A stretch of DNA of 64,000 bases from an uncultured Enterobacteriaceae bacterium (GCA_964576525.1 CAZNVH010000015.1:39883-103882), one strand, 5' to 3'. Positions 46,392-55,916 are shown, counted from the stretch's first letter. Translations and numbers: made by a program. The notes: generated by a model not told the origin, from the letters alone.

Positions 46392-47687
46392 TCAGCCCTT
46401 GTAGCCCAGCAGCCGGGGCAGCCAGAGGACGAGCTCCGGCACGAAGGTAATGAGCGCGAGCGCACCGATCATCACCCAAAGGAACGGCAGCACCTCGCGC
46501 ACCAGGTCCTGGAGCGACACTTCGGCGATCTTCACCATCATGAAGAGCAGCAGGCCGTAAGGCGGCGTCACCAGGCCGATCATGATGTTGACGACGCAGA
46601 CGACGCCGAAATGCACGGGGTCGATGCCGAGCGCGTGCGCGGTGGGGAGCAGGACCGGAACGATCACCAGCAGGATCGTCGTGCCTTCCAGGAAGCAGCC
46701 GAGGATCAGCAGCAGGATGTTCGCCGCCAGCAAGAAGACGATCGGCGAGAGCTCGTACGCCTTCAGGGCGGCGCTGAGCGTCTTCGGAATGTTCTCGACC
46801 GTGATGACGTAGTTGAACACCAGCGCGCCGGCGATCAGCATGCCGATCGAGACGGTGATGCGCGCGCTCGTCAGCAGCGAGTTGTAGATGTCGCGCCAGC
46901 CGATGGTGCGATAGAGAATGACCGAAACCAGTAGCGCGTACGCGGCGGCGACGGCGGCGGCTTCCGTGGGCGTGGTCACCCCGCTGTACAGGCAGCCGAG
47001 CAGGATCACCGGCATCATCAGCGCGGGGAAGGCTTCCCAGGTGACACGCGGCATCTCGCGCAGCGGAACCTTCACCTCGACCGGGAAGTTGCGCTTCCTG
47101 GCGGTAGACGCGATCAGGCCCATCTGCACGGCGCCGATGAGCAGGCCCGGGATGACGCCGCCAAGGAACAGGAAGCCGATGGACGTATCGGAGACCAGCG
47201 CATAGAGAATCAGCGGGATCGACGGCGGAATGATCGGCCCGATCACCGAGGACACCGCCGTCAGGGCGGCGGCATAGGCCTTCGGATACCGGCCGTCCCG
47301 CGTCATGAGGGACTGCATCAACTTGCCGGAGCCCGCGGCGTCCGCGAGCGCGGAGCCCGACATGCTGGCGAAGATGATGCTCTGCACCACGTTCACCTGC
47401 GCGAGGCCGCCGCGGAAGCGCCCGACGATCGCGTTGCAGAAGCGCAGCAGCCGATCCATGATGCTGCCGCTGTTCATGAACTCCGCGGCGAGGATGAAGA
47501 GCGGGATCGCGAGCAGCACAAAGCTGCCGTACATGCCGTTGAGCAGCTGCTCCGCCGCGGTCCCCATGTCGAGGCCCTTGGCGTAGAGGTAGAGAATCGA
47601 TCCGCCGATCATGGCGTGACCGATGGGCAGCCCGAGCAGGCTGAGGACGACGATCGCCCCAAGGGCGAGCGCAAAGGCGGTCGTCAC
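46392..47687 (-). CDS. TRAP transporter large permease (DctM family)
   Basis: 431 aa from (GTG)TTAFALALGAIVV with 12-TM character and motifs such as SGSALADAAGSG. GTGA overlap with the small permease stop. Confidence 0.85.
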   Translation of the reverse strand: MTTAFALALGAIVVLSLLGLPIGHAMIGGSILYLYAKGLDMGTAAEQLLNGMYGSFVLLAIPLFILAAEFMNSGSIMDRLLRFCNAIVGRFRGGLAQVNVVQSIIFASMSGSALADAAGSGKLMQSLMTRDGRYPKAYAAALTAVSSVIGPIIPPSIPLILYALVSDTSIGFLFLGGVIPGLLIGAVQMGLIASTARKRNFPVEVKVPLREMPRVTWEAFPALMMPVILLGCLYSGVTTPTEAAAVAAAYALLVSVILYRTIGWRDIYNSLLTSARITVSIGMLIAGALVFNYVITVENIPKTLSAALKAYELSPIVFLLAANILLLILGCFLEGTTILLVIVPVLLPTAHALGIDPVHFGVVCVVNIMIGLVTPPYGLLLFMMVKIAEVSLQDLVREVLPFLWVMIGALALITFVPELVLWLPRLLGYKG

Positions 47688-48190
47688 AAGCCCGAGCTCG
47701 TTTTGGTCACGTCGCCCGCCTTCGGGTCCTTGCCGCGCAGGAGCTGCCACAGCAGCCAGAGGTAGCGGGCGATGATCGCGGCGAGGAACACCAGGTAGAT
47801 GGAATACAGCCAGTCCATGCGGATCTTGAGGTACGAGGACCTCTCGACCTTCATGAAGGTCACGTAGTCGAAGGACGCCTTGAGCGACGCGCCGTAGAGA
47901 ACGACGATCGCGAGCGCAAAGACGATCGCCATGGCGATGCGCGTGTGGGGAGCGACCGCGCTGTAGATGAGGTCGAAGCGGATCTCCTCCTTCTCCCTCA
48001 ACACGAAGGCCGAGCCCCACAGGACGAGCCACAGCCACATCACCACGGTCAGCTCGGAAGTCCAGCCGACCGGGAAATTGAACGCATAGCGGAAGACGAT
48101 CTGGATGATGAAGGCGGCGAACATCACCGCGAGCATGGCTGCGGCGACGTTCTCTGCCCGCCGCCGCAGCCAGGCACCTGCCTTCCGCAT
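47684..48190 (-). CDS. TRAP transporter small permease (DctQ family)
   Basis: 168 aa from MRKAGAWLRRRAENVAAAMLAV with four hydrophobic helices. Confidence 0.75.
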   Translation of the reverse strand: MRKAGAWLRRRAENVAAAMLAVMFAAFIIQIVFRYAFNFPVGWTSELTVVMWLWLVLWGSAFVLREKEEIRFDLIYSAVAPHTRIAMAIVFALAIVVLYGASLKASFDYVTFMKVERSSYLKIRMDWLYSIYLVFLAAIIARYLWLLWQLLRGKDPKAGDVTKTSSGL

Positions 48191-48204
48191 CACCTTGGCG
48201 GACG

Positions 48205-49194
48205 CTATTTCAGGGCGTTGATCTTCTCCAGCATCCCCTGCGGCCACGCCTTCGCCTCGTCGGACGCCAGGTAGACCTTCTGCGCGTGCGCGCGGAAAGC
48301 CTTCTGGTCCGGGGCGTAGACCTGCAGGCCCTGCTTGCGGAACCCGTCGGCGAGCTCCGCCTCGCGCTTCGCGTGTTCGGCCGCACTCCAGCCGATGGCC
48401 TTGTCGGCAGCAGCCTGGAAGGCCTTCTGCTTCGCCGACGACATGCCGGTCCAGGTCTTCAGGTTCACCGTCAGCAGGTCGTAACCGACGAGGTGCGAGG
48501 TCAGCACGATCTGCGACATCACCTCGTAGAACTTCATGTTCTGCACGTTCGGCAGCGGATTGTCCTGGCCGTCGATCGCACCGGTCTGCAGGCCGGTGTA
48601 GACCTCCGCGTACGCCATGGGCGTCGGGTTCGCTCCGAGCGAGCGGCCCAGGAGCTGCCAGGCGTCGCCGGGGGGCATGCGCAGCTTGATGCCGGCCAGG
48701 TCGGCGGGGGTGTTGATCTTCTTGTTCGGCTTCAGGCCGACCTGCCGCGTGCCGAAGAACGTCGGCCCGAGGATCTTCACCTTGACCTCGTCCTCGGCCT
48801 GCTTCTTGAACTGCGCGCCGAGGCTGCCCGACCAGAAGGCGTTCAGGTGACTGGCGTCGCGGAACAGATACGCCGAGGTGAGGAGCGACCACGCGGCGAT
48901 CTGCTTGGAGATGTCCTGCGGCGCGATGTTGCCCATCTCCAGGTTGTCGCGCTGCAGGGCCACCAGCTCGGTGCCCTGCTTGAAGAGCGATCCGTTGTAG
49001 AACGGCTCGACGTTGAAGTCGCCGCCCACCTCTTTTGCGAACAGGCGGATCATGTCCGCGCGGATGTCCTTGTCGGAGAACACCGCGGCGAAGCGCAGGG
49101 TGGGCTTGGCCTGCGCCCAGGCGGGCAGCGCGGCTGATGTAGCGAGGGCGGCCCCCGCTTTGAGCGTCGAACGACGGTCGATCTTGAAGTCCAT
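48205..49194 (-). CDS. TRAP transporter substrate-binding protein (DctP family) with twin-arginine-like signal
   Basis: 329 aa from MDFKIDRRSTLKAGAALATSAALPAWAQA, with a DctP-type body (GTRQV..KLRMPP). Confidence 0.85.
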   Translation of the reverse strand: MDFKIDRRSTLKAGAALATSAALPAWAQAKPTLRFAAVFSDKDIRADMIRLFAKEVGGDFNVEPFYNGSLFKQGTELVALQRDNLEMGNIAPQDISKQIAAWSLLTSAYLFRDASHLNAFWSGSLGAQFKKQAEDEVKVKILGPTFFGTRQVGLKPNKKINTPADLAGIKLRMPPGDAWQLLGRSLGANPTPMAYAEVYTGLQTGAIDGQDNPLPNVQNMKFYEVMSQIVLTSHLVGYDLLTVNLKTWTGMSSAKQKAFQAAADKAIGWSAAEHAKREAELADGFRKQGLQVYAPDQKAFRAHAQKVYLASDEAKAWPQGMLEKINALK

Positions 49195-49207
49195 TTCGTT
49201 TTCTCCT

Positions 49208-49879
49208 CTAGGTGTTCATCAGGTAGCTGAGAATCACTTCGGCTACGGTTTCTCGACGGCGACGGACATCCCCCTTGGCGCCCATGTCGCGCTGGAAGAT
49301 GGCGCCAAAGGTGTACTGGTTGGTGACGTTGAACATCCCCAGGGCGGCGATCGCCCGGTGGACCTCCACCGGGTCGACGTCCCGGCGGAACCTGCCCTCG
49401 GCCTGGCCGCGCTCGATCACGCGGGCCAGCATGTCGATGATCGGGCGATTCAGCGTGCGCATGGCCTTCGACTTCCTGAAATGCCGCCCCTTCGCCTGGT
49501 TCTCGGCCACCACGATGCGTACGAAGTACTGGTGGGAAAGGTAGTAGTCGTAGGTGAACTCCACGATGCGCCGGATCGCGTCCACCGGCGCGAGGTGCTC
49601 GAGATCGAGCAAGCTTTCCGCGTGGCGAATCTCGGCATAGACCTGCTCGAGCACCGCCAGGTAGACCTGCTCCTTGCCGCCGAAGTAGTAGTTGATCATC
49701 GCGCGCGTCGTATGGGTGCGCGACGCGATGGCGTCCATGCTCGCCCCCTTGAAGCCGCGCGAGGCGAATTCGTCCATCGCCGCCTGGATGATGCGGGCGC
49801 GATTGGCTTCGGGCGCCTTGGGCTTGCGCATGGCGGCGGTCCGGCCGGACGACGCTACTGCGGCTTCCACTGCCTTCAT
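49208..49879 (-). CDS. TetR/AcrR-family transcriptional regulator
   Basis: 223 aa with the N-terminal HTH RIIQAAMDEFASRGFKGASMDAIASRTHTTRAMINYYFGGKEQ. Confidence 0.85.
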   Translation of the reverse strand: MKAVEAAVASSGRTAAMRKPKAPEANRARIIQAAMDEFASRGFKGASMDAIASRTHTTRAMINYYFGGKEQVYLAVLEQVYAEIRHAESLLDLEHLAPVDAIRRIVEFTYDYYLSHQYFVRIVVAENQAKGRHFRKSKAMRTLNRPIIDMLARVIERGQAEGRFRRDVDPVEVHRAIAALGMFNVTNQYTFGAIFQRDMGAKGDVRRRRETVAEVILSYLMNT

Positions 49880-49965
49880 GCTCGATGCTTTGAATTAACG
49901 AAGCTGTTAGGATAACTTAACGCTTTCGACAATTCACTACTGCGGCGCAGCATTGGGTTCCTGAC

Positions 49966-50820
49966 ATGACGATCGCCGAGCACCACCCCGAACCGTCGAA
50001 CCCGGTCGGCATCGACGGCATCGAGTTCATCGAGTTCGCTACCTCGCAGCCGCAGGCGCTGGGCACCGTGCTGCAGAAGATGGGCTTCGCCGCGGTGGCG
50101 CGGCACCGCTCGCGCGAGGTCACGCTTTTTCGGCAAGGCGCGATGAATCTCATCGTCAATGCGCACGACGCCAAGGAATTGACGCCGGAGATCAAGGCCA
50201 TCGCGTTGCGGGTGCGCGATGCCGGCCAGGCCTGGGCGCACGCGCTCGCCATGGGCGCCTGGGAGATGCCGACGCGCGCGTCGGCCATGGAGCTCAACAT
50301 CCCCGGCATCCACGGCGTCGGCGACAGCCTGCTGTATTTCGTCGACCGCACCCGCGATTTCTCGATCTACGACGTGGATTTTGTCTTCGAAACCAATACC
50401 AACCCCAAGCCGCCGGCGCTGGCCGGGCTGCATTACTTCGGCGTGGTGCAGAGCATCTACGGCGACCGCACGCGCGACTGGGTCGACTTCTACCGCAGCC
50501 TGTTCGGCTTCTCGGTGCTGCCCGAGGGCCAGTACTTCGGCGTGCTGCCGAAGGGCACGCTGCTCGAGAGCCCCTGCCACAAGTTCTACCTGCAGCTGAT
50601 CGAGCCGCCGCCGGGATCCGAGGAGATCCACTGGCAGGAGCAGCTGGTGCGCGTCGGCCTGGGCGCCGCCGACGTGCCGGCCGCGACGCGCGCGCTGAAG
50701 GAGCGCGGCGTGGTGTTCGTCGACCGCGGCCCGGTGCAGCCGAGCGACAAGGGCGCGCTGACGCAGGTGTATCTCGGCGGCGTGACGTTCGAGCTCGTCG
50801 TAAGCCACCTGAAACCATGA
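49966..50820 (+). CDS. 4-hydroxyphenylpyruvate dioxygenase-like VOC-fold protein (QuiC C-terminal-domain-like)
   Basis: 284 aa with GIDGIEFIEFATSQP, GIHGVGDSLLYFVD and FYLQLIEPP. ATGA overlap with the next gene. Confidence 0.65.
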   Translation: MTIAEHHPEPSNPVGIDGIEFIEFATSQPQALGTVLQKMGFAAVARHRSREVTLFRQGAMNLIVNAHDAKELTPEIKAIALRVRDAGQAWAHALAMGAWEMPTRASAMELNIPGIHGVGDSLLYFVDRTRDFSIYDVDFVFETNTNPKPPALAGLHYFGVVQSIYGDRTRDWVDFYRSLFGFSVLPEGQYFGVLPKGTLLESPCHKFYLQLIEPPPGSEEIHWQEQLVRVGLGAADVPAATRALKERGVVFVDRGPVQPSDKGALTQVYLGGVTFELVVSHLKP

Positions 50821-51686
50821 ATCTGGATCACTTCGGCATGGACACCATCACGCTGGCCGGGCCGCTGGAGGCCAAGCTGCGCGCGGTCGGCGAAGCCGGG
50901 TTCACGCAGATCATGCTGAACGCCAACGACATCGCCGGGCACCCCGCCGGGGCGCAGGCGGCGGTCGAAGCCGTGCGCCGCAGCGGGCTGCGCGTCACCG
51001 GCTTCCAGGTGCTGCGCGACTTCGAGGGCCTGTCGGGGCACCTGCACGCCTACAAGATCGACATCGCCAAGGCGATGCTCGAGATGTGCCACGCGCTCGG
51101 CTCGCGCGTGCTGCTGGTGTGCTCCTCGACCTCGGCGCACGCCACCGCCGACCCGGATTCGCTGGTGAAGGACCTGCGCAAGCTCGCGATGCTGGCGGTG
51201 CCGCACGGCATCCGCATCGCCTACGAAGCCCTGTCCTGGGGGCGGCACGTAAGCGAGTTCACCCAGGCCTGGGACCTGGTCGCCGAAGCCGACCGCGCGA
51301 ATCTCGGGCTGGCGATCGACTCGTTCCACATCCTGGCCACCGGCACCGCCACCGAGCAGGTGGACGAGATCGCGCCGGAAAAGATCTTCCTGGTGCAGCT
51401 CGCCGACTTCATGTGGCAGGAAATCCGCTCGCGCGAGGAGCGCATCAACACCGCGCGCCATTTCCGCGTGTTCCCCGGCGAGGGCGTGCACAGCGCGGAG
51501 GTGGCGCAGCTGGTGCGCAGCCTCGACCGCATCGGCTACCGCGGCGACTACAGCTTCGAGGTGTTCAACGACGACTACGCGGCGCTGCCGGCGCCGGTCG
51601 TCGCCGAGCGCGCCCGGCGTTCGGTAAAATGGCTGACCGACCAAGTGTCGCGGCGCAGCCTGCCGCTACGCGGGGCCGCACGTTGA
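50817..51686 (+). CDS. Sugar phosphate isomerase/epimerase TIM barrel, probable 3-dehydroshikimate dehydratase
   Basis: 289 aa with GFTQIMLNANDI, IAYEALSWGRHV, GLAIDSFHILATG and FLVQLADF, matching the QuiC/AsbF-type pattern and the catabolic context. Confidence 0.6.
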   Translation: MNLDHFGMDTITLAGPLEAKLRAVGEAGFTQIMLNANDIAGHPAGAQAAVEAVRRSGLRVTGFQVLRDFEGLSGHLHAYKIDIAKAMLEMCHALGSRVLLVCSSTSAHATADPDSLVKDLRKLAMLAVPHGIRIAYEALSWGRHVSEFTQAWDLVAEADRANLGLAIDSFHILATGTATEQVDEIAPEKIFLVQLADFMWQEIRSREERINTARHFRVFPGEGVHSAEVAQLVRSLDRIGYRGDYSFEVFNDDYAALPAPVVAERARRSVKWLTDQVSRRSLPLRGAAR

Positions 51687-52802
51687 ATGCAATCGCTCCG
51701 GATCTACGACGAGCTCACCGCCGCACGCACGCGCTTCCTGCGCGTCGACGAGCTATGCCGCCGCGCGGCGGAAAAGAGCGCGCTCCCTGCCGCTGACGCG
51801 CTGGCGGCGGAAGCGCGCCTGCCGCTGAAGGAAAAGAAGGGGCTGGAGAAGGCGCAGGGCGAGTTCCTCGCCGAGATCCTCGGCAACCCGGTGGCCGGCA
51901 CCCACCTGTGCCACGCCATGCTTCTCCCCCGGGAGGAAGCCAAAAAGCAATTGCCGGAATATCAAAAGCGCGGAGAAGCGACGTTCACCGGCGCGCACCT
52001 CAAGCGCCACGGCAAGGCCTCAGTGCTCACTATGAGCAACCCGCGCTACCTGAACGCCGAGGACGAGTCGACGCTCGACGGCATGGAGATCGCGGTCGAC
52101 CTGGCGCTGCTCGACCCGCGCACCGAGGTCTGCGTGCTGCGCGGCGACACCGTGACGCACCCCAAGTACGCCGGCAAGCGGCTGTTCGGCGCCGGCATCA
52201 ACCTCACGCATCTGTACGAGGGAAAGATCCGCTACCTCTGGTACCTGATCCGGGATCTGGGCTTCGTCAACAAGTTCTACCGGGGGCTGGCGTCGCCGGA
52301 CCAGTCGCCGGAAATTTCCTCCACCGAGAAGCTGTGGATCGCCGCGGTCGAGGGCTTCGCCATCGGCGGCCATTGCCAGGTGCTGCTCACCATGGACTAC
52401 ACCCTCGCCGCCGAGGATGCCTACCTCACCCTGCCGGCGCGCAAGGAAGGCATCGTGCCGGGCGCGGCCAACCTGCGCCTGCCGCGCTTCGTCGGCGACC
52501 GCATCGCGCGCCAGGCGATCCTCGCCGAGCGGCGCATCGACTGCGCGAGCCCCGAGGGCAGGATGATTTGTGATGAGGTGGTGCCTTCGAACCGAATGGA
52601 CGACGCGGTCGCGGCAACGGTTGAAAAGCTCACCTCGTCGGGGGTGGTGAGCGCCGCGGGCAACCGGCGCGCGTTCCGCGCCGGCGAGGAGCCGCTCGAC
52701 ACCTTCCGGCGCTATATGGCGGTCTACGCCCGGGAGCAGGCATACTGCCACTTCAGCCCGGCGCTGGTCGCCAACCTAGAACGGAACTGGAAGAAAAAAT
52801 GA
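51687..52802 (+). CDS. Crotonase-fold (enoyl-CoA hydratase/isomerase family) protein, DpgC-like length and N-terminal extension
   Basis: 371 aa with the crotonase core FGAGINLTHL...AAVEGFAIGGHCQVLLTMDYTLA. No finer assignment is possible by eye. Confidence 0.55.
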   Translation: MQSLRIYDELTAARTRFLRVDELCRRAAEKSALPAADALAAEARLPLKEKKGLEKAQGEFLAEILGNPVAGTHLCHAMLLPREEAKKQLPEYQKRGEATFTGAHLKRHGKASVLTMSNPRYLNAEDESTLDGMEIAVDLALLDPRTEVCVLRGDTVTHPKYAGKRLFGAGINLTHLYEGKIRYLWYLIRDLGFVNKFYRGLASPDQSPEISSTEKLWIAAVEGFAIGGHCQVLLTMDYTLAAEDAYLTLPARKEGIVPGAANLRLPRFVGDRIARQAILAERRIDCASPEGRMICDEVVPSNRMDDAVAATVEKLTSSGVVSAAGNRRAFRAGEEPLDTFRRYMAVYAREQAYCHFSPALVANLERNWKKK

Positions 52803-53248
52803 AAATCCTGGTCCTGCACGGCCCCAACCTGAACCTGTTCGGGCGGCGCGAGCCGCACATCTACGGCTCGACCACGCTCGCGCAGATCAACCAGAAGCTG
52901 CAGAAGCTGGCGAAGGAGCTCGGGGCGAAGCTGGCGGTGATCCAGTCCAACCACGAGGGCGAGCTGCTCGACTTCCTCCACAAGCACATGGATAGCGCCG
53001 ACGGCGCCATCCTCAACCCCGGCGGCCTGACGCAGCACGGCGTGTCGCTGCACGACTGCATCAAGGCCATGCCGTTCCCGGTGATCGAGCTGCACATGTC
53101 GAACCTCGCGACGCGCGAGCAGTGGCGCACCCACTCGATCATCTCGTCCGCCGTAAAGGGGACGGTGCAGGGCTTCGGCTGGCGCTCCTACCTTGCGGCG
53201 CTGCGCCTCGCGACCGAGCTCGCCGGAGAGGCGAAGAAAAAAAGCTAG
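52799..53248 (+). CDS. aroQ: Type II 3-dehydroquinate dehydratase
   Basis: MKILVLHGPNLNLFGRREPHIYG...QSNHEGELLD...ILNPGGLTQHGVSLHD...ELHMSNL, canonical AroQ motifs. Confidence 0.93.
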   Translation: MKILVLHGPNLNLFGRREPHIYGSTTLAQINQKLQKLAKELGAKLAVIQSNHEGELLDFLHKHMDSADGAILNPGGLTQHGVSLHDCIKAMPFPVIELHMSNLATREQWRTHSIISSAVKGTVQGFGWRSYLAALRLATELAGEAKKKS

Positions 53249-53254
53249 GCTCTG

Positions 53255-55150
53255 ATGGACGTCATCACCATCGGGCGCTGCTCGGTCGATCTCTACGGCC
53301 AGCAGATCGGTTCGCGCCTCGAGGACATCGCCACCTTCGCCAAGTCGGTCGGCGGCTCGCCGGCCAACATGGCGATCGGCACCGCCCGCCTGGGATTGAA
53401 GTCGGGCCTCATCACCCGCGTCGGCGACGAGCAGATGGGGCGCTTCGTCCTCGAGCAGATGCGCCGCGAAGGCGTGGCGGTCGAGGGCATCAAGGTCGAC
53501 CCGCAGCGGCTCACCGCGCTGGTGCTGCTGGCGGTCGAGGACGAAGGCGTGTCGCCGACGATCTTCTACCGCACCGATTGCGCCGACATGGCGCTCGGCG
53601 AAGAGGACATCGACGAGGCCTACATCGCCTCCGCCGGCGCGATCGTCGTCACCGGCACCCATTTCTCGCGCCCGAACAGCGACGCCGCGCAGCGCAAGGC
53701 GATCCGCATCGCCAAAAAGAACGGGCGCAAAGTCGCTTTCGACATCGACTACCGGCCGACCCTGTGGGGCCTGACGGGCCACGCCGCGGGCTTCGAGCGC
53801 TATGTGAAGTCAGATCAGGTTTCTCAAAAAATAAAAACAATTCTGGTCGACTGCGACTTGATCGTCGGCACCGAGGAGGAAATCCGCATCGCCGCCGGCG
53901 TGGACGACGTGCTCGGCGCGCTAAAGGCGATCCGCGCGCTATCGAGAGCGACGATCGTGCTCAAGCGCGGCCCCATGGGCTGCATCGTCTACGACGGCGC
54001 GATCACCGAGCTCGAGGATGGGATCGTCGGCAAGGGCTTTCCGATCGAGGTCTACAACGTGCTGGGCGCCGGGGATGCCTTCATGTCGGGGTTCCTGCGC
54101 GGCTGGCTGAAGGGCGAGCCGCTGGCGACCGCCGCCACCTGGGCGAACGCCTGCGGGGCTTTCGCGGTGTCGCGGCTGCTCTGCTCGCCCGAATACCCGA
54201 CCTGGGCTGAGCTCAGCCACTTCCTCAAGCACGGCAGCGCGCAGCGCGCGCTGCGCAAGGACGCGGCAATCAACCACGTGCACTGGGCGACGACGCGGCG
54301 CCCGCAGCCGGACACGTTGATGGCGCTGGCGATCGATCATCGCGCGCAGCTCGAGGCGATCGCGGACCGGCACGGTGTGGCGCGCAGCCGCATCGACGAA
54401 TTCAAGGTGCTGGCGGTCGACGCCGCGCTGCGGGTGGCCAAGGGCCGGCCGGGATTCGGCATGCTGCTCGACTCGACCTACGGCCAGAAAGCGCTGTACC
54501 GCGCGGCCAAGCATGGGTTGTGGATAGGCCGGCCGGTCGAGAAACCCGGCTCTCGCCCACTGGACTTGGAGCAGCACCATCTGGCGGAATGGCCGATCAC
54601 TCACACGGTGAAATGCCTTTGCTTCTATCACCCCGACGACGACGCGGAGCTGAAATCGCGCCAGGAGCGCGAGCTGGCACGTGTCTACGACGCCGCACGC
54701 ACCGCCGGCCGCGAGCTCCTCATCGAGATCATCGCCGGCAAGCACGGGCCGCTCGCCGACACCACGGTCGCTGCGGTGCTCGCCCGGCTCTACGCGCTCG
54801 GCATCAAGCCGGACTGGTGGAAGCTCGAGCCGCAGAAGAGTCCCGCCGCCTGGCGGGCGATCGCGCAGGTGATCGCCGCCAACGATCCCTATTGCCGCGG
54901 CATCGTCCTGCTCGGGCTGGAGGCGCCGGAGGCCGAGCTCGCCGCCGCCTTCCGCGCCGCCGCGGCGAGCCCGCTGGTCAAGGGGTTCGCCGTGGGCCGC
55001 ACGATCTTTGCCGATGCCGCGGACCAGTGGTTATCCGGCAAAATGACGGACGAGGAAGCCGTGGCGGATATGGCGGCCAGGTTCGAGAGCCTCGTTTCGG
55101 TATGGAAAGAGACCCAACATGTCCAAACTCCACGTAAAACCGCGCGCTGA
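53255..55150 (+). CDS. iolC: Bifunctional 5-dehydro-2-deoxygluconokinase (IolC) / DUF2090 aldolase-like domain
   Basis: 631 aa with a PfkB kinase N-terminal half (GGSPANMAIG..., NVLGAGDAFMSGFL) and a DUF2090-type C-terminal half (DWWKLEP). Confidence 0.8.
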   Translation: MDVITIGRCSVDLYGQQIGSRLEDIATFAKSVGGSPANMAIGTARLGLKSGLITRVGDEQMGRFVLEQMRREGVAVEGIKVDPQRLTALVLLAVEDEGVSPTIFYRTDCADMALGEEDIDEAYIASAGAIVVTGTHFSRPNSDAAQRKAIRIAKKNGRKVAFDIDYRPTLWGLTGHAAGFERYVKSDQVSQKIKTILVDCDLIVGTEEEIRIAAGVDDVLGALKAIRALSRATIVLKRGPMGCIVYDGAITELEDGIVGKGFPIEVYNVLGAGDAFMSGFLRGWLKGEPLATAATWANACGAFAVSRLLCSPEYPTWAELSHFLKHGSAQRALRKDAAINHVHWATTRRPQPDTLMALAIDHRAQLEAIADRHGVARSRIDEFKVLAVDAALRVAKGRPGFGMLLDSTYGQKALYRAAKHGLWIGRPVEKPGSRPLDLEQHHLAEWPITHTVKCLCFYHPDDDAELKSRQERELARVYDAARTAGRELLIEIIAGKHGPLADTTVAAVLARLYALGIKPDWWKLEPQKSPAAWRAIAQVIAANDPYCRGIVLLGLEAPEAELAAAFRAAAASPLVKGFAVGRTIFADAADQWLSGKMTDEEAVADMAARFESLVSVWKETQHVQTPRKTAR

Positions 55151-55916
55151 GCGCGGCAAGGTCATCAGCATCACGCCCGAGAGCGCCGGCTGGAAGCATG
55201 TCGGCTTCGACGTGCACAAGCTCGCCGTGGGCGAAAGCGCGGCCGCCAGGACCGGCGAGCGCGAGGTCTGCCTGGTGCTGGTCTCGGGCAAGGCCAGGGT
55301 CAAGGCGGGCGGCAAGGACTTCGGCGTCCTCGGCGAGCGCATGACGCCGTTCGCGGGCAAGCCGCATGCGGTCTATGTCCCCGGCGGCAGCGACTGGCGC
55401 GCCGAGGCGGCGACCGAGGTCACCCTGGCGGTCTGCTCGGCGCCGTCGACCGGCGGCAAGCTTGCGGCGCGGCACATCGCGCCGCAGGACATGGGACAGG
55501 AAACGCGCGGCAAGGGAACCAACGTGCGCTACGTCACCAACATCCTCCCGGAAAACGCGCCGGCGGACTCGCTCCTGGTCGTCGAGGTGCTCACGCCCGG
55601 GGGGCATACGTCGAGCTACCCGCCGCACAAGCACGACCAGGACAATCTGCCGGCCGAATCCTTCCTGGAAGAGACTTACTACCACCGCCTCAATCCGCCG
55701 CAGGGCTTCGCCTTCCAGCGCGTCTACACCGACGATCGTTCGCTCGACGAGGCGATCGTGGTCGAGGACGGCAGCGTGGTCATGGTGCCCGAGGGCTATC
55801 ACCCCGTGGCGGCCATCCACGGCTACGACCTCTACTATCTCAATGTCATGGCCGGCCCGCGGCGCACGTGGAAATTCCACAACGCGCCCGAGCACGAATG
55901 GCTGATGAAGCCCTGA
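55119..55916 (+). CDS. iolB: 5-deoxy-glucuronate isomerase
   Basis: 265 aa with GGHTSSYPPHKHD and YYLNVMAGP..W, matching IolB. It overlaps the iolC 3' end by 32 nt. Confidence 0.85.
   Translation: MSKLHVKPRAERGKVISITPESAGWKHVGFDVHKLAVGESAAARTGEREVCLVLVSGKARVKAGGKDFGVLGERMTPFAGKPHAVYVPGGSDWRAEAATEVTLAVCSAPSTGGKLAARHIAPQDMGQETRGKGTNVRYVTNILPENAPADSLLVVEVLTPGGHTSSYPPHKHDQDNLPAESFLEETYYHRLNPPQGFAFQRVYTDDRSLDEAIVVEDGSVVMVPEGYHPVAAIHGYDLYYLNVMAGPRRTWKFHNAPEHEWLMKP

Noticed and set aside
49892-49935. Imperfect palindrome GAATTAACG...CGACAATTC in the TetR/HPPD-like divergent region, considered as a TetR operator
   Set aside because: The arms match only 7/9 and are separated by a 26-nt spacer, much wider than typical TetR operators. 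The evidence is insufficient.
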